A DNA stretch of 62,896 nt, filler included, from Rhabdomonas costata (lineage: Eukaryota), in NCBI GenBank assembly GCA_019059605.1. It is 50 parts of 50 records of this genome, joined end to end, with 100 filler letters (N's around TTAATTAATTAA, not from the genome) between each part and the next. Parts side by side here need not be neighbours in the genome. Positions count along the whole stretch, not along the records: positions 60,485 to 61,637 come from JAHMHO010025737.1; positions 61,738 to 62,896 come from JAHMHO010025738.1; 48 more parts are not named here. The stretch is one strand, 5' to 3'. The position numbers and the translations under genes were made by a program. Shown here in pieces: positions 61,265 through 62,896 of the stretch. Below the pieces are notes generated by a model. The model ran no database searches, was not told the DNA's origin, and saw only the letters and a list, made by a program, of their open reading frames with translations. Every line of letters starts with the position of its first letter. Position 1 is the stretch's first letter.

Positions 61265-61866
61265 CTGCGGAAGGCATCCCCCAAACGTTTAGCGTTTACG
61301 AATGCGCAGGTACGTCCAAAATTTTTTATTCGTTCAACTCCAAACTTAAAACGAAGGTATTCCCACCCTACGTCCAGAACCAAGATCCAGCCCACCATCA
61401 ATAGGATCCCCAACATACTCACACAAAGTATTCGGTTTCATTCATTGGGAAGCTGCGCGTCCTTCAAAGTTCAAGGTGCATGTGAGTGTGCAAAGTGTGC
61501 CACCACAAGCACAACGCAGTTTAGTATGAAGGTGTATAAATTGCACATGCCCTGTCCTGGATGCCGGCCATGGACTTCGCGAAGCCCTTGGGCTGACTCC
61601 GCTGGTGGTTGCACAGCAGCGCTACCTTGGTGTTCGCNNNNNNNNNNNNNNNNNNNNNNNNNNNNNNNNNNNNNNNNNNNNTTAATTAATTAANNNNNNN
61701 NNNNNNNNNNNNNNNNNNNNNNNNNNNNNNNNNNNNNTTTTGGTTTGCTATGCTCCCTTTCCTCCTTTTTGAGGAAAAAGCTGAACTCTTGGATGTCCGT
61801 TGGCGTTTTTCTTCTTATCATTACCCATAGGCATGCCTCTCTCTGCGATCTCATTCATTTGCTCAG

Positions 61867-62748
61867 CAGGAGGCTCCGTCAACTCGCTTCTGCAGAGCTG
61901 CTTCACCGACTTTTTCGTGTCCATTTTTGGGAAATACGTGAAGTACTTCGATCATCATGGTGTGCTTTCGGCCCCTGTACTCTTATTTTGTTCAAATAAT
62001 CCAAATCGTTCAAGTGGCGTCTCCACGATTCCGCCCCCCCCCCTCCCCGTGACTCTTTTATAATGCGAAATAACACGGCACTGCGGCGCAGGCACAGGAG
62101 TTTTGCAGTTTTGCAACGGTTGTTGACCTTCAGCATAAGACTTTCGGGGTGTCCCGAAGGTGGTGCACGTGTTGTTGAGCAATTCGGGGATTTGGGAGGC
62201 CCTTCACTGCTTGTCCCTTGCCTTCGGTGATTCAGTTAAGGGAGCAAATGTTTCCCACGTCAACAGCAGGCACACAACCACGAAAGCCCTTACTGGGACA
62301 ATTGTATTTTTTTGGGAGGAGGGGCGTTAAACGTTTAACGGCGTTAAACGTTTTGGACATTGTGGATCGATTGGGACAAAACTGGTTTCGGGGCGGCCGC
62401 GGCGCGGCCGGAGCGGCCGGATGAGGCCATGGGGGGGGGTCTTTCAAAATTTGCCTTTTGCTGTTTTAGTTGTTAAACGTTTAACAACTTATACGTTGGA
62501 CAGTATTCAACGTTAAAAAGGTTTCTTCCTCAAAAGTCTTTTTCTCAGACGGGTTCGTTTAACTGTGCCTGTACACACTAGATAGACTTATGCACTGATT
62601 TGTGTGGAAGGATAGGGCGTTCTTCGCAGTCTCCTGTCACTTTTCCATGCACAAACAAATGGGGTGGGACTCAGCGGATGGCTCCGTGACGTGGAACGAG
62701 GATGAGTTTCTGCTTTCCCTCCAGCGGAAGAACACTCAGCTTCACGCG
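61867..62748 (+). CDS. dDENN-like domain exons (DENN-domain Rab GEF, putative)
   Basis: 61867-61959 and 62675-62748 join in phase 1: VNSLLQSCFTDFFVSIFGKYVKYFDHHADGSVTWNEDEFLLSLQRK. This fits dDENN 'F..FFV.LFG.Y..Y......F....FL'. Confidence 0.5.
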
Positions 62749-62896
62749 GTGCGTGTGTGCATGCGCACATGCTTGAGCGCCTTGTTTTTGTTGCTTTCAC
62801 GGTTGCCACATTTTGCATAATCTGTCCATTACAGGCCTCCAACAACTGGTTCACTTGAAAAAAAAGGGAGCAAAAAAGCACGGCAGGAGGACCAAC

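Overview
This window is not a continuous locus. It is 50 unrelated ~1.15-1.17 kb contigs joined by 49 identical 100-nt artificial spacers (44 N + TTAATTAATTAA + 44 N). G/T-rich 5' ends, C/A-rich 3' ends and terminal fold-back palindromes point to whole-genome-amplified (single-cell-type) DNA. The source is an intron-rich eukaryote, most likely a non-kinetoplastid euglenozoan (euglenid or diplonemid; inferred from a kinetoplastid/euglenid-type adenylate cyclase, a KKT10/19-like CLK kinase, an MRB1590-like ABC-ATPase and GTG(C/T)G-type splice donors). By splicing exons by hand I recognise partial genes for an Aurora kinase, ERK7/MAPK15, CLK, acetyl-CoA carboxylase, kinesin, PARP, ankyrin, REJ, ILVBL/HACL2, PDCD2_C, RRM, a receiver domain, an adenylate cyclase and others. 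There are also several interspersed repeat/MITE families and a frameshifted Polinton/Maverick-type DD35D integrase. The most unusual signal is in three compositionally distinct contigs (16.4-17.2, 35.3-36.3 and 49.1-50.3 kb). They carry at least 9 diverged copies of a hairpin, often paired with a second one, whose fold (Watson-Crick stems interrupted by tandem G.A pairs, GTA/GGA internal loops and GNA triloops) is preserved by compensatory substitutions and compensatory indels. This is a candidate single-stranded-DNA or RNA structural element of an organellar or extrachromosomal replicon. All family assignments come from remembered motifs; no database searches were run.
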